DNA of 64,000 bases from Eledone cirrhosa (GCA_964016885.1 OZ024751.1:5332001-5396000), one strand, 5' to 3'; positions 23,481 to 38,500 are shown, counted from the stretch's first letter. Notes: generated by a model not told the origin, from the sequence alone. Numbers and translations: made by a program.

Positions 23481-24146
23481 TTCGGAAATTACATAATTAA
23501 AAACATCATTAAATTTCTTTTCACTTTTCCAGTTGAAAGATAGATTGATAGCTTCATATTTTTCCCCACTTGCTACTTCAGAATTCTCAGTGTTCTTAAT
23601 ATTATAAGGATAAAAAGTGTTTCTATCTAACATATCATTACTATCTCTTTGTCTTTGCATTTTGAATGCTTTTCAGTTTCTTCTTAAGACTTATTTCTCC
23701 TGAAGAATGCGATATAACGATTTTATGAATGATTCCATTCTTTGATCTTTTACAACACATAGCAGTAGCTTAGGCAGTAAGATCTGTGTGCACAGCTATT
23801 TACCACAAATATCATCATAGAGCTTTTTCAAGTTTTTGCTCATATCATATCTGGATTGTTTCAATTCCATAATACCCGATTTGATTTACGAATCAAAATA
23901 TCATGCTGCTTTGTGTAATTCTCTTATGTAATCTGTCTGGAGAGGGGAGAGCAAAGAGAGAGCATCTAGTGAGTATATATTCTATTGTAGTTTAGATATC
24001 CCTTATACAATATATTTTCCCGACTGCTATTTTTCTATATCATTTTTTTTTATGGCGACGTGTGAAACAACACAGGCTTTACACTGCACCTATCATTTTG
24101 TCGGTTTAATTATATATTTTACTCTCAAATAAATCTACCCATTTCT

Positions 24147-24360
24147 CAGTCAGTTCGCTTTTTACGCGAACTTGAAGTACGCAAATTCGCTTTAACGCCT
24201 CTTGAAAAAATATATTATTAAATATTCACTTTGCGCGAATAACGCGCTATAATGCGTGTGGTTTTTATGTTTTTTATTTATCAGAAATATAATACTTGAA
24301 GTACGCGAATTCGCTTTACGCACCGTGTTCACGAACGCATCTTCGCGTAAAAAGTAGTAC
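24147..24360. mobile_element. Degenerate MITE-like element (pogo/Tigger-like)
   Basis: Inverted termini tttttacgcgaa / ttcgcgtaaaaa; internal repeat acttgaagtacgc(a/g)aattcgcttta. Confidence 0.45.
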
Positions 24361-25299
24361 TTCTAAAAAAAAGTATATTCTTATTGTTTAGCTTCATTTT
24401 TGTTGTTGTTTGATTTGACGATCTCTATATATTCTAGTTATTCTAGTTACTGCTGTTAATATTGTTGCGTCATTGTTTTAGTTATTTGATTGTTCTGTTT
24501 TTCAGTTCCTAATTTCTTTACCAAAAGCTTTATAGAAGGAATTGATTCGTGATCTTTTGAAGTTCTTGTTCAATCTTGAGCAGATCCTCCATTGTAATTT
24601 TCTCTGTTGTTAGCTAGAACAAATTTTCGTTTTTATTTTATAGGCCGAAAGCATGTAGAACACATCAACTAAACATAATAAGAATAATCTTTATTGTCTT
24701 AGTTTTATTTCAATCGCATGCTTTCATAACACATCTACATATCTCTGCTCCCGCTACCTAAAGTGTTTTATGTCGTCTTTGTTTTCTATTGTATTCAAAG
24801 TACTCTACGTAATATGCTTACAGTGACTAGTTGTGATATCATCATTATGTTGTGTCTTTGGTGAAATTCTGTTATTTGGGTTATGGATTTTTCTGCATCG
24901 TATTTAAGGATTCCCAACACACAAAGATTATTTCGATTTTCAATCACCGTGTTATTCGTAGATTGGCAGAATGGTTAGAGCGTCGAACTAACATTTTGTT
25001 ACGGTTCTTTTTGTTCTGAGTTCAATTCCCAGCGAAATAAACTTAATCAGGTTTCAAAGGAAAATATTTTTCTAGAACATATCTCTTGGTATCTAAATCA
25101 TTAACATCTCTTTATACTCGAATTTTGTTTCTGTTTTTCCCGTATACACCCCCCCCCACACATGTATATAACTTAAAAAAAAAACACATTTAAGCATGCA
25201 TATACGCGCACAAATAATATCGACACTAATACACACACATTGCACTTTCCATTCTAAAATCGTTACCAAGACTACCTAACAGTTTGTCTTGTTTACTCT

Positions 25300-25600
25300 C
25301 GACGCATAGAGTTACGGCCCTTGCCATTCTGAGTTCAAATCTCGCCGAGGTTAATTTTGCCTTTCATCCTTACGGGGTTGATAAAATAAAGTACCAGTCA
25401 TGCACTGACTAATTGCTGGCCTTGTGTCAAAAGTAGAAACAATTATTATTAGTTTTTTAGGCATAGAGTTTTGACGCATAGAGTTACGGCCCTTGCCATT
25501 CTGAGTTCAAATCCCGCCGAGATTAACTTTGCCTTTCATCCTTACGGGGTCGATAAAATAAAGTACCAGTAATGCACTGAGTAATTGCTGGCCTTGTGAC
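25300..25600 (+). mobile_element. Two tandem 5'-truncated copies of the tRNA-type SINE
   Basis: B-box gagttcaaatc, core gcctttcatccttacggggtcgataaaataaagtaccag, tail ggccttgtg. Confidence 0.85.
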
Positions 25601-25653
25601 ATATTATTTTTTTTACTATAGACAACCTTTTATTTTCAGTATTTATCCTTTGT

Positions 25654-25689
25654 GATCCTGAAGAAGGGCTAACGCCCGACACGTCGAAC
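25654..25689 (+). ncRNA. Degenerate minimal type I hammerhead (PLE-type)
   Basis: gatc CTGAAGA a gggc-taac-gccc GACA cgtc gaac; GAAA mutated to GACA, stem I imperfect. Confidence 0.55.
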
Positions 25690-25755
25690 TCACTTTCCTC
25701 TTTTTCATATAAAGCCTGAAACTAATAAGACCTTTTGTATATCTGTATTGGCGTT

Positions 25756-25837
<82 letters not shown>

Positions 25838-26114
25838 CAAATAACGAAACGAAATTAAATTTCGTTTCGTTTGTAACTCACTTTTGTATGACTGACGCTT
25901 AAACAATTAAGTTAAAAATGTACATCCACATATGTATACTGAAATACTAGTATGCATATGAATACGCACACGTATACATATGTAGATGTACCGAGTTTTT
26001 CACTGGTCACTTTACTGTGAGTGTCCAGCTATTCTGTATGTAAACACACAGACAAACCGGTTTTTAGAGTCATACTGGTTTTTGAGGAAACACCTTTCCT
26101 CTATTCTCCAGAAA

Positions 26115-26185
26115 GCCAGACAAGGAATATTGAACTAGTTTCGATGTTGTTACATCTCATCAGCAATATTTACCTATCTTCCGGC
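26115..26185 (-). ncRNA. Minimal type I hammerhead ribozyme (family A)
   Basis: Reverse complement of 26661-26731. Confidence 0.8.
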
Positions 26186-26660
26186 CTCTCTAGAGAATCG
26201 TAAAAGCTGATGATTGCTGATGAGATGTAACAACATCGAAACTAGTTCAATATTCCTTGTCTGGCTTTCTGGAGAATAGAGGAAAGGTGTTTCCTCAAAA
26301 ACCAGTATGACTCTAAAAACCGGTTTGTCTGTGTGTTTACATACAGAATAGCTGGACACTCACAGTAAAGTGACCAGTGAAAAACTCGGTACATCTACAT
26401 ATGTATACGTGTGCGTATTCATATGCATACTAGTATTTCAGTATACATATGTGGATGTACATTTTTAACTTAATTGTTTAAGCGTCAGTCATACAAAAGT
26501 GAGTTACAAACGAAACGAAATTTAATTTCGTTTCGTTATTTGTTTTTATCGTCTCCGTTGAACCGGTACGTACTCATGCTCTATGCAAATTAGTCTGCCC
26601 ACTACTAATTTTCATAGAAAAAGCATATAACGATATGTGCTTTTACGATTCTCTAGAGAG

Positions 26661-26731
26661 GCCGGAAGATAGGTAAATATTGCTGATGAGATGTAACAAC
26701 ATCGAAACTAGTTCAATATTCCTTGTCTGGC
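26661..26731 (+). ncRNA. Minimal type I hammerhead ribozyme with palindromic stem III (family A)
   Basis: aatattg CTGATGA gatgt-aaca-acatc GAA ACTAGT T caatatt; stem I extends imperfectly to gcc/ggc. Confidence 0.82.
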
Positions 26732-26966
26732 TTTCTGGAGAATAGAGGAAAGGTGTTTCCTCAAAAACCAGTATGACTCTAAAAACCGGTTTGTCTGTGT
26801 GTTTACATACAGAATAGCTGGACACTCACAGTAAAGTGACCAGTGAAAAACTCGGTACATCTACATATGTATACGTGTGCGTATTCATATGCATACTAGT
26901 ATTTCAGTATACATATGTGGATGTACATTTTTAACTTAATTATATATATATATATATATATATGTA

Positions 26967-28659
<1,693 letters not shown>

Positions 28660-28729
28660 TTAAGTTATTCCGGGTTGAATCGGAGGTAACCGCAGTAAGT
28701 AAGGTACTCAATACATAGCAGAGTATAAA

Positions 28730-28854
28730 AGTTTTAATATAGATGAGATTCTACAGGACTAGAACTGTTTCATTCTTTAGAAATCATCAGGAATCTGATG
28801 ATTTCTAAAGAAAGAAACAGTTCTAGTCCTGTAGAATCTCATCTATATTAAAAC

Positions 28855-28855
<1 letters not shown>
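28730..28855. repeat. ~60-bp-arm inverted repeat containing hammerhead cores, within a (TA)n-flanked insert
   Basis: Arms 28730-28790 and 28795-28855, one mismatch. Confidence 0.9.
28746..28796 (-). ncRNA. Type I hammerhead ribozyme
   Basis: agattc CTGATGA tttc-taaa-gaat GAA Acag-ttctagtc-ctgT A gaatct; GUA triplet; the opposite arm has a perfect stem II tttc/gaaa. Confidence 0.75.
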
Positions 28856-28950
<95 letters not shown>

Positions 28951-29363
28951 GATGTGTGTGTTCTCAGATATTTCATAGTGGTTTTTGTATTAAAGTTGAT
29001 ATGGATATTTACGGCCAATAAAGAGTATAATATAATTAAAGGGTTTTACTAAGGTTTTTACTAAGGTTTTTGGATGTTATTAAATACGTAGTCAGATATT
29101 TTACAGTTTCTGCCATTTCAATAGCATTATATAAAGCTTCTCATACTCAACTTTATTATTAGCCACCAGCACATCAAACCTTATTTATTAGCCGCCATAC
29201 TTATTACATACGAGACAAAATTTTAGACCAAAAACTCCACTTAGTATTATATTATTATATTCAAAGTAAGCCGAGTGTAATAATAATAATTATATATATA
29301 TATTCATTTTATTAAGGGTAAAAAGTGAGTTACTCTGGAGTTTCTCCTGCCGTCAACCACATG

Positions 29364-29399
<36 letters not shown>

Positions 29400-29406
<7 letters not shown>

Positions 29407-30138
29407 GAAGTTTAGATATACATTAAACTAGACAGAGCCTTAGATATATATATATATATATGTTTTGGGCAACCATTCACGGTGTGGCTCAATGACGAAT
29501 TAATTAATTAAATAATCAACTATCAGAGCAATATATAAGAAAGTAAGTCCATAGAATCATTTGATAAAATATATACAGTATTTCTTCTCCCAATCAGCAT
29601 AATCAACCACATAAAAAATCATTTAAACGAGACTATAAGTTTAAAATATACTTATGAAGAAATAATAGATAAAACCGCGATCCACAGCCACAGAAGATTT
29701 ACCTAGAATTTTTGATAGCCTGTAGAAATTGACTAGACATATAGTTAACCATACATAATTAGGTACAAAATCAAAGTTAGAAGAAAAATGTACATAAACA
29801 TACCAACATTATATCTCTACCCCCGGAGGTTCATTCGTTTTTTGGAAATATCCGATCATGGATAAATCAACGAGTTTCGAAATCATCAGGAGACAAACTC
29901 AATTGGACAAAGATTTTTCTTAAATGATCCCCGTCAGAAACGCATTCAAAATGGCTAAGAACTGTCACATGGCCAGTGGTCAAGTAAGAAAGCTTGTGAT
30001 TGGTGCCTGACGGTGAGTAGGCTGGTTGCTAGAAAGCGCTGCCGAATACTGCCTAAAGTTTTACTCAACCTTACTCAACCTTTACTCAACCGTATATAAA
30101 ATATAGAAGTTTACCTACACATAAACTAGACAGAGCCT

Positions 30139-30194
<56 letters not shown>

Positions 30195-30460
30195 TTAGGC
30201 AACCATTCACGGTGTGGCTCAATGACGAATTAATTAATTAAATAATCAACAATCAGAGCAATATATCAGAAATACTAGGTAAATCTTCTGTGGCTGTGGA
30301 TCGCGGATAAAAAGCTATCATTTATTTATCTATTATTTCTTCATAGGTACATCTCAAACTTATAGCTTCGTTTAAATGATTTTTTATGTGGTTGATTATG
30401 CTGATTGGGAGAAGAAATACTGTATATATTTTATCAAATGATTCTATGGACTTACTTTCT
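29400..30460. mobile_element. Family E (TA)n-associated element with partial tandem and inverted copies
   Basis: 29400-29535 is repeated at 30100-30265; 30278-30460 is an inverted copy of 29530-29705; homologous to 44927-45530. Confidence 0.7.
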
Positions 30461-30494
30461 TATATATATATATAGTCTTATATATATATATTTT

Positions 30495-30549
<55 letters not shown>

Positions 30550-30718
30550 TTAAGTATACTATTTATGGTTATGCAAATACAAAAACCTTTTGTAGTTATA
30601 TATATTTTTACAAACCCTAAATAGTGATAGGCAGCAATATATTGCTACCTTATTACCAGTAAGTTAAATAGCTCAATGTAATAACATCAGATGATTTACA
30701 GAGCAGTTATATAAATTA

Positions 30719-31595
30719 CTAGCAGTAAAGCCCGGCGTTGCTCGGGGTCGCTCAGTAGCTGTGTTAAAGTTACAATGTTAAGTTTCTTTCTTGGCTTAAA
30801 AACTGTAGTGTCTACTGTGCAGACTTGCATGTGGTGTTTTTGATTAATATTCCCTCAACCAACAATATGCCTTATGAAGTTAAGAAAACATAACGATAAC
30901 CCGAATGTTATAACAAAAGAGGATGCTGGGGATAGAAACTGCACTGGTTATTTATTAACAAAGATCGAAAATGTAAACACTGCAACGCAGAGAAAAACAT
31001 TAGCGTAACCAAATTATCAGTTATGTCTGTCTGCACGCCTATATCACCTCTCTGCACGACTGTCTGTCTGCACGCCTATATCACCTCTCTGCACGACTAT
31101 CTGTCTGCACGCGTATATCACCTCTCTGCACGATTGTCTGTCTGCACGACTGTCTGTCTACACGCCTAACGACGAAATATTTGCTTGTTTTACGTAGTCT
31201 TTAAATAGACTTGTTTTCAAGTAAAAATATTGTTTTAAAATGCTTTTAAATGGAAATGAAGCAAAACGGAAGCTTAGTGTTCGAACTGATGAATTTTGCA
31301 GGTCAATATTTTGCTGGCTCGACAACTGTTAAAGCCAGCGTAATTTTTTACGTAAGACGCTCAATGTAAACAGAACAAAGGGAAATAACTGATCATTTAC
31401 GCTCAAAAATCGATACATTATATTCGATTTCGTCACATAGGGTGGGTCAATTTGAAATTTTTTTTTTCCGATGTCTTCGCTAGGGCTCAATGTACAAGTA
31501 TAGCAATTTCGGTGCAATTCCGTGAGAGATTCTAAGAGGAGATGTGTGCCAAAAATCGATAGACAGACAGACAACCACAGTTTTATATATATAGA
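30719..31595 (-). mobile_element. Non-autonomous Helitron
   Basis: Minus strand starts TCTATATATATAAAA followed by (CTGT)n. It ends with hairpin CCCGAGCAACGCCGGG then CTAG, inserted between A and T with no TSD. Internal ~36-bp tandem repeats at 31025-31167. Confidence 0.85.
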
Positions 31596-31627
31596 TAAGA
31601 ATCAAAGAACTGTTCAAAACATTTTTA

Positions 31628-31674
31628 TGCTTACAACTGTTTCCTCCAAACCGAGGTTTGGATTCTTCGGAGCA
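31628..31674 (-). ncRNA. Minimal type I hammerhead variant (family F, CCGAAGA core)
   Basis: tgct CCGAAGA a tccaaacc-tc-ggtttgga g GAA ACAGTTGT A agca. Confidence 0.65.
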
Positions 31675-32299
31675 ATTTATTATTGAATGAACACTTATAT
31701 GACCTCCTTTTCAACCCAAGAGACATACAGATACATATGCAAATATTGTGGGTCAACATCCATTACAGCATTTAGTGTGGCAGTACACATTTAGAGATTA
31801 CATTCATATTAAAAGATAAAATCAAAAATACAGGTTAAAATACAACACGAAATTAATGTGATACGATAGTCATAAGCGGTTATTGAGTGCAATAGTTATA
31901 CGCGTGGCAAGCACGTGCGTCTTGTTTATATAGTGTGGCAGAGAGTTACGTGTAATAGAAGCACTTAAACAGGTGATCAAGAGTGTTAAGGGGGTTGATC
32001 TGGTAATGAATTCTTTATATGATTGTTATAGCCTGTGCGTGGAGAAATAATATAAGCATTAAAAATATTGGAAATGCGTAGCGAAGCGATGATATGGATT
32101 TCATGCACTGCGACATTTTCATAGTCCGGGGAGCGTATTTTTCGGATTATATGCCCCTCACATAATTCACGACGATTCGATATTGGGCGTTTGACAATCC
32201 TGTTAGAGAATCGTAGTCTGATGGTCTTTAGCTCAATACAGCAGGTTGTTACGTTGCGAGAATCGACATCGAAAACATAATTTATATATATATATATAT

Positions 32300-33434
32300 A
32301 TTGTTGTACTTGGGGAGGGTCATATTTGTGTAATATTGCCAGAAATTAATAACAGAACACACTCACTGTTTGGTTGGTTTTCGCTTTTCATTTCTGTGTC
32401 TTTTATATCGGTTAATTTAATTTATTCGGTCCTCAATGTTGCCATTGACCGACCAACGGTAAAAAATACAGATACAATATAGACACAAACACATATATAT
32501 AGTTTATCAAAGTTCTTTCGTTGCAAATCTGCAACATCGTCAGTGGTGCTATTGTTTCCTCCCGTTGCATTGTATTTTCTACGCCATCTTTATTTAGTCT
32601 GTTTATATATTTATTTATTTGTTTATTTTTTATTTTTTTTATTTTATTTATTTTTTTTTTGTCTTCTTTGCGAACAGTACTATACGAACATGCCAGACAA
32701 CAACACGACGGTAACATAGACAACATAGAAATTAGAATAATATCTAAACATAGAAATGACCCAGCAGATAGGCAAATCAGAGAGGCCAGTGAAATAGAAA
32801 TTAGAAGGCCAAGGCTAAACAGAAAAAATGAATGGAATAACAACAACATCCAAACAAACAACACTGACCTAAGAGAAGTATAAATAAATAAATAAATAAA
32901 TAGATAAATAAATAAATACATACACAAGCACAATAACAAAAACACATATAAACACACACTAGTAAAGATAGAATACATTAACCAATACACAGTCACCCAA
33001 TCACGAACACACATCAAACAAAACACTATACGCACACGCAAACGCATGCGCAAAGAAGACAAAAAAAATAAACAGATTAAATAAAGATGGCGTAGAAAAT
33101 ACAATGCAACGGGAGGAAACAATATCACCACTGACGATGTTGCAGATGTGCAACGAAAGAACTTTGATAAACTATATATATGTGTTTGTGTCTATATTGT
33201 ATCTGTATTATTTTTGACCGTCGGTCAGTCAATGGCAACATTGAGGACCGAGTAAGTTAGATTACCGATATAAAAGACACAGAAGCGAAAAGCGAAAACC
33301 AACCAAACAGTGAGTATGTTCTGTTATTAATTCTGGCAATATTATTACACAAATATGACCCTCCTCAAGTATAACAATATTTGTTTCGACACACGATTTC
33401 ATATCAAAAACCTCGCAAAACTAATTCATCGCTG

Positions 33435-33435
<1 letters not shown>
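32300..33435 (+). mobile_element. Family D: 5'-truncated PLE (GIY-YIG C-terminal remnant + pLTR) with an inverted pLTR upstream
   Basis: 32677-32883 encodes VLYEHARQQH...RQIREASEIEIRRPRLNRKNEW. 32300-32610 is an inverted copy of 33070-33380. CTGACGA-gttgca/tgcaac-GAAA at 33131-33158. (TA)n flanks. Confidence 0.75.
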
Positions 33436-33525
<90 letters not shown>

Positions 33526-34339
33526 AAAACAGGAAACAAAACAGGAATGTAATCATTGTTGTTATAAATAATGTATTCATTAAGTATTATACTGCTAATA
33601 CCAGAATACCGTAACCTAAATTTAGATAAGATGAAGCTTATTTTATCTTGCAGTCAACTTCTCTATCAGATGAACACAACCGAAATACAAATCTATAAAA
33701 TCAGTGAATCTTGTTTTTTTTCTAGTTTTATCGAAATGTAATCTACTTTGCCATATTGCTTGCCTTTATGAATATAAATCATGTGGAATATATAGAAAAC
33801 TGAAACGGCAACATTGTTGTAAACAATTATAAAAATGTTTGCAATGCAATGACATATGGCTAAATATTATTCGTTTCCAATAGAAAATTAAGCCTGAATT
33901 GTGTCTTAAAGAATGACGGCCATTAGCAGTATAGTTGCATAGTTGTGAAATAATTTACATGCATTAATACTATTATGTATGTATTCACTGCAACATTACA
34001 TATATTTTTTCAGAACAGATAAAAGCTCTCTCTGCCTCTCTCAAGATCATTAACTGAAATTGCGTTATGAAGGTTATAAAGGGAGTATCTACGGGTTTAA
34101 TGAAGTAGGCAGAATTTTAAAGAATCTAATGTGCTATAAATATGCATACTCGTAAATCTAATCGTACATTTTAAATGGTTCGTTTTTGTAGGGATTGGAA
34201 ACTCTTTATATAACAGAAAACAATATGAAATATATTGCCTCGAGAGAAAAATCTGTAGTACCGATATAAATTATGAAACAAAACACACGAATTACTTTAA
34301 ATATAACTACTTCAACGATATATTTCAACTACTTTTGAG

Positions 34340-34500
34340 TGTGTCACTGTGAAACATATACATATACACCAGGTCCGAACACAAAGGAACTAAACTCCCA
34401 CTATCACAACCTCCGTCTCTGCCGCTCTCCTCATCTCTCACTATTATGAGCAAATGGGGGTCACCCCGCGGCCCCGGCGGTCTGAATAGAGAAGGCAACT
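34340..34500 (-). mobile_element. 3' end of a CRE-like LINE family (same family as 56400-56800)
   Basis: Aligns with 56405-56565. Confidence 0.55.
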
Positions 34501-34780
34501 ATTATGATAAACTGAGTGTTTCAAAGTATTTTGAGTTTCAACTTTATGTATTAAGTTCTTTGCGTATAAACCAGCATATTTAAAGGGATGGTCGCTGGAA
34601 TTGCTAGCTAATGGGTACTGCACATTTATTATATACATTACTTTAAATAGAATATAAACAACAGCACTAAAACATAAGACTGCACATATCCAATGTCTAC
34701 AGAGCTGTGCTCGGTGATGATGTGAAAACACACAATGAGAATAAGACTAATATTGATGATGATGATGATGGTAATAATAA

Positions 34781-35305
34781 TGGTTTCTTCTTTAGGCACA
34801 AGGCCAGCAATTTGGTGAGGAGGGGAAAGTCGATTAAATTGACACCAGTGCATTAATTGTGCGTTATTTTATCGACTCCGTAAGGATGAAAGGCAAAGTT
34901 AACCACGGCGAGATTTCAACTCAGAACATAAAGGTATGCAACTATGGTGCGAAGCATAGTGTCTGACGCTCTACCGATACTGCCAATCCACCGCCCTGAT
35001 AATAATAATTGTTTCTACTTTTAGGCACAAGGCCAGCAATTACCCAGTGCATTACTGGTACTTTATTTTATCGACCCCGTAAGGATGAAAGGCAAAGTCA
35101 ACCTCGGCGGGATTTGAACTCAGATCGTAAAGGGACGTAACTATGCTGGAAAGCATGGCGTCCGACCCTCTAACGATACTGCCAATCCACCGCCTAATAA
35201 TAATAAAGATTTCTGATCTAGACACAAGGCCAGCAATATTTAGGAGAAGTGAAAGTCGATTAAATCGACCAAAGTGCATTACTAGTGCTTTATTTTATAG
35301 ACGTC
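34781..35305 (-). mobile_element. Tandem tRNA-type SINE copies (34781-34997, 35009-35194, fragment 35208-35305)
   Basis: A-box tggcagtatcg, B-box gagttcaaatcc, shared core, separated by short (TAA)n. Confidence 0.88.
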
Positions 35306-35321
35306 GACAACAACGTCAACA

Positions 35322-35523
<202 letters not shown>

Positions 35524-38500
35524 GATTTCATTTATTGGCCACAAGGGCCGACATATAGGGGACAATATAAAAGACTGGGACAGTGGGGTTTTACAGAAAA
35601 ATCGAGTAAACAATATGAATAACAATAACAAAGTAACAATAACAAAGTAACAATAAAGTAACAAGAAAATTACAACAAAACATTCCCCAATAGGGGGGAT
35701 GACCACTTAGGGTTCGCTCAGGTACCCCACCAGTCCTGAACGACCCGACGCTTCGAGAGAACCCTGGAAGGGCACCCCTCTCCTCTTCAAATTTACCTAC
35801 CTACAGCTGCATGACCAGAATAGGCCCACACACACGGGCCATTCTCGCCACATTCACCCACCTTTCAGCAAATGTACTGGGGGGCAGACTTCTCTCTCCA
35901 CCCTCACCTTCCTTTCCAAGTGAAACTTGAAAAAGTTGATGAGGGATTGGCCGAAGAGAAAAGTGTCTGTCTTCAGTCCTTTCAACCTCGTCCACCATAC
36001 AACCTCTTTCGCTACTGCCACCAGACAGAGGAAAATTGCCTGCCCTTCCTGGCCAAAAGAAGGCGGCGGGTCGATCTTCACTATGGACTCGGCCGATAGC
36101 CGGATCCGTTCTACACGCGACAACAGCTGTTCAACATAACTCCACAAGTCAGTAATGCACGGACACTGGACGAGTGCGTGCAGAACGGTTTCGTCGCTCT
36201 GCGCGCATCTAGGGCAGGTCCGTCTGACAGCACTTCCGTGCCTGTAGAGTTTATCTGGAACCGGTAGTGCCCCCCGGTAGCACTGCCAAGCGAGGGATTT
36301 TTGGAAATTATCCATCGTCCCCGGCTCGAAAGTCCTCCGGTACAGACTGGTTAGTTCGACTTCGTTGACTCCCAGAGCCTCTCCGAGTGCATCGTCGCAC
36401 TTGCCCACCACTAATCCTCTATAGAACTCGAGAGTGGAAATTCCACTGACTGCATGCCCGCCTGGTAGAGGGCAGTGAGTGCCTGGGAACATTCCAGATG
36501 CCAGTCACTCAATCTCGGTCTCTTCTTGACCCAGGACTGCAGCTCAGTCAAAGAAACGAGCTGCGGTAATGCCCGTCTGACAAACGGCGACCCCACATGT
36601 TCACCCTTTAGGCAGAATATCTGGAGATGCCGCAGTCTCAGCGCGTGCCTGCGCATCATTAGCCACGGCATGCCCAGCCCTCCACGTAGAGGGTGCTAGC
36701 AGCAGATGGACCGCGTCACCAGCGGAACCTGACTCCTCCAAAATAATTTGAAGAGGAGCCGCTCCAAGATGACGAGGTGCGAACGGGGGCAAGGGACGAC
36801 GGTCAGACAGTAGTAGATGACGGACGCGATGTACGCGTTCGCCACCTCCCCCCGACCTTTCAGTGATAGCTTCATCCCAGCCCATTTCTGGGTGAGACTG
36901 GCTACTCTGCCCGTCACCTCGTCCCAATTCTTCTCCACCTGGAGGTCTGGCCCGAACCAAACCCCTAGCAACTTTACCGGTCCGCCCGTCCAGCGCCTAA
37001 CCACGCTGTTGGACGGCATGGACTTGCCTCTACAGGTGCCGAGTTGCAAGCCCACCGACTTTTCCGGGTTAAGTTTTGCTCCCGTCAACCTTTCATATTC
37101 CTCCAATAACTTGCCGATCACCTCGATTTCTGAGGTGTCCGACACCATCAGGGTGATGTCGTCCGCATAAGCTGATACAGCCTTTCCGCGTCCCGGTTCG
37201 AGCGGGATGCCCTGCAAAAGCTCCAGCTTCCGCAGTAAAGGCTCGAGAGTTAATACGTACAGAAGGGAAGAGAGAGGGCACCCTTGACGGACCGATCGGG
37301 AGAACTGAAACGGTTCCGAGAGGTGGCCATTAATTTTGACCATCGAGCAGGTGCCGCTGTGAATTGCATCGATCCAGCTTCTGAAGTGGGGCCGAAGCCA
37401 GCCGCCTTGAGAACAGCCTCCAGGTACCGATGGTCGACCCTATCGAATGCTTTCGATTGATCTAAATTGATCAGAGCCCCACCGAAGCCAGGTTTACCCC
37501 CACCCTCTCTATGATGTATCACATTAGGTGGAGGTTGTCGTGTATGGACCTGGTTGGGATTGCGCAAGTTTGCGCCTCCCCAACCAAATCCCCGACAACA
37601 AGCGCCAACCTCTTTGCTAACACCCTGGCCAAAATCTTAAACTCTGTGTTGAGCAGAGTTATGGGCCTGAAATTGTCTAATGTGTCCCTCTTGTTCTCGT
37701 CTTTCCTTATCAGCGTCACTACGCCCCGGCTCACAGAACTGGGAATACTCCCGTTTTGCTGAGAGTTGCAGTAGAGGGCTTCGAGGAGATTGGAGAACAA
37801 GTCTGGCATATTTACGTAAAGCTCGTAGGGCAGACCATCCAAACCGGGTGACTTGCGTCTCATGCAGCCGACCAGGGCATCCTGAATCTCGACTGAAGTA
37901 ATTGGCCTTTCGCAGCGCCCAGCGTCAGCCGTCGAGAGTTGCGGCAAGCCATCGAGGTAGGGACTGAAGTCCGCCACCTTCTCTGACCCGCCACTTCCCC
38001 CGAACAACCGAGCAGAATGTTTGCGAAAGGCCTCACACATCCGCTTGGACTCTCTCAGCTCGTGTCCGTCTCGGTCCGTCAAAGACCGAATCGTGGTTTT
38101 ATTACCACGCTGCGCCTCTGCTACGCGGGCCCATTGAACATCTTTGGTTCCCTCGTTTCTCAGAGCACCCGTCTTAGCTCTGACAATGCAACCTTCGTGT
38201 TTCGCACTGAAGAAATGGTCTAATGCCATTCTCGCCGCTAGCACGTCAGTTGCAATGCCACTACCAATAGCCTCGTCTAACTTATCTACCAACTCTCCCT
38301 CCTTTCTATTTATCTCTAACGCTACTTCTTTGCTAAACTCTATCGACATTACTCTAATCTCTTTTTTGAGAGCGCCCCCCACCATCTATTGTTGACGACT
38401 CCCCCTGTCAACTTTTTCTTAACTAAATTGTTGACCTTGTCCCTGTAAGCCTTACGTGCCGGAAATGACATGTTTAGCTTCCAGTAACCAGGTCCTAATC

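Larger units (their letters stand above)
25831..26941. mobile_element. PLE-pLTR/retrozyme-like family A: three ~300-370 bp copies (-,+,+) between (TA)n tracts
   Basis: 26213-26548 is the reverse complement of most of 25831-26205; third copy at 26641-26941; each copy carries an HHR core. Confidence 0.8.
30545..32280 (-). mobile_element. Family F PLE-like element, interrupted by a Helitron
   Basis: Both flanks of the Helitron match 44010-44800; contains an HHR at 31628-31674; (TA)n flanks. Confidence 0.72.

Noticed and set aside
23480-25300. Host gene exons in the unassigned AT-rich stretches (also 33.6-34.3 and 41.5-41.9 kb)
   Set aside because: No convincing ORF or recognisable domain; small exons cannot be excluded without RNA data.
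26021-26825. Triplicated 60-aa ORF MSSYSVCKH...
   Set aside because: GTG start, antisense to the hammerhead, no recognisable domain; repetition reflects element copies.
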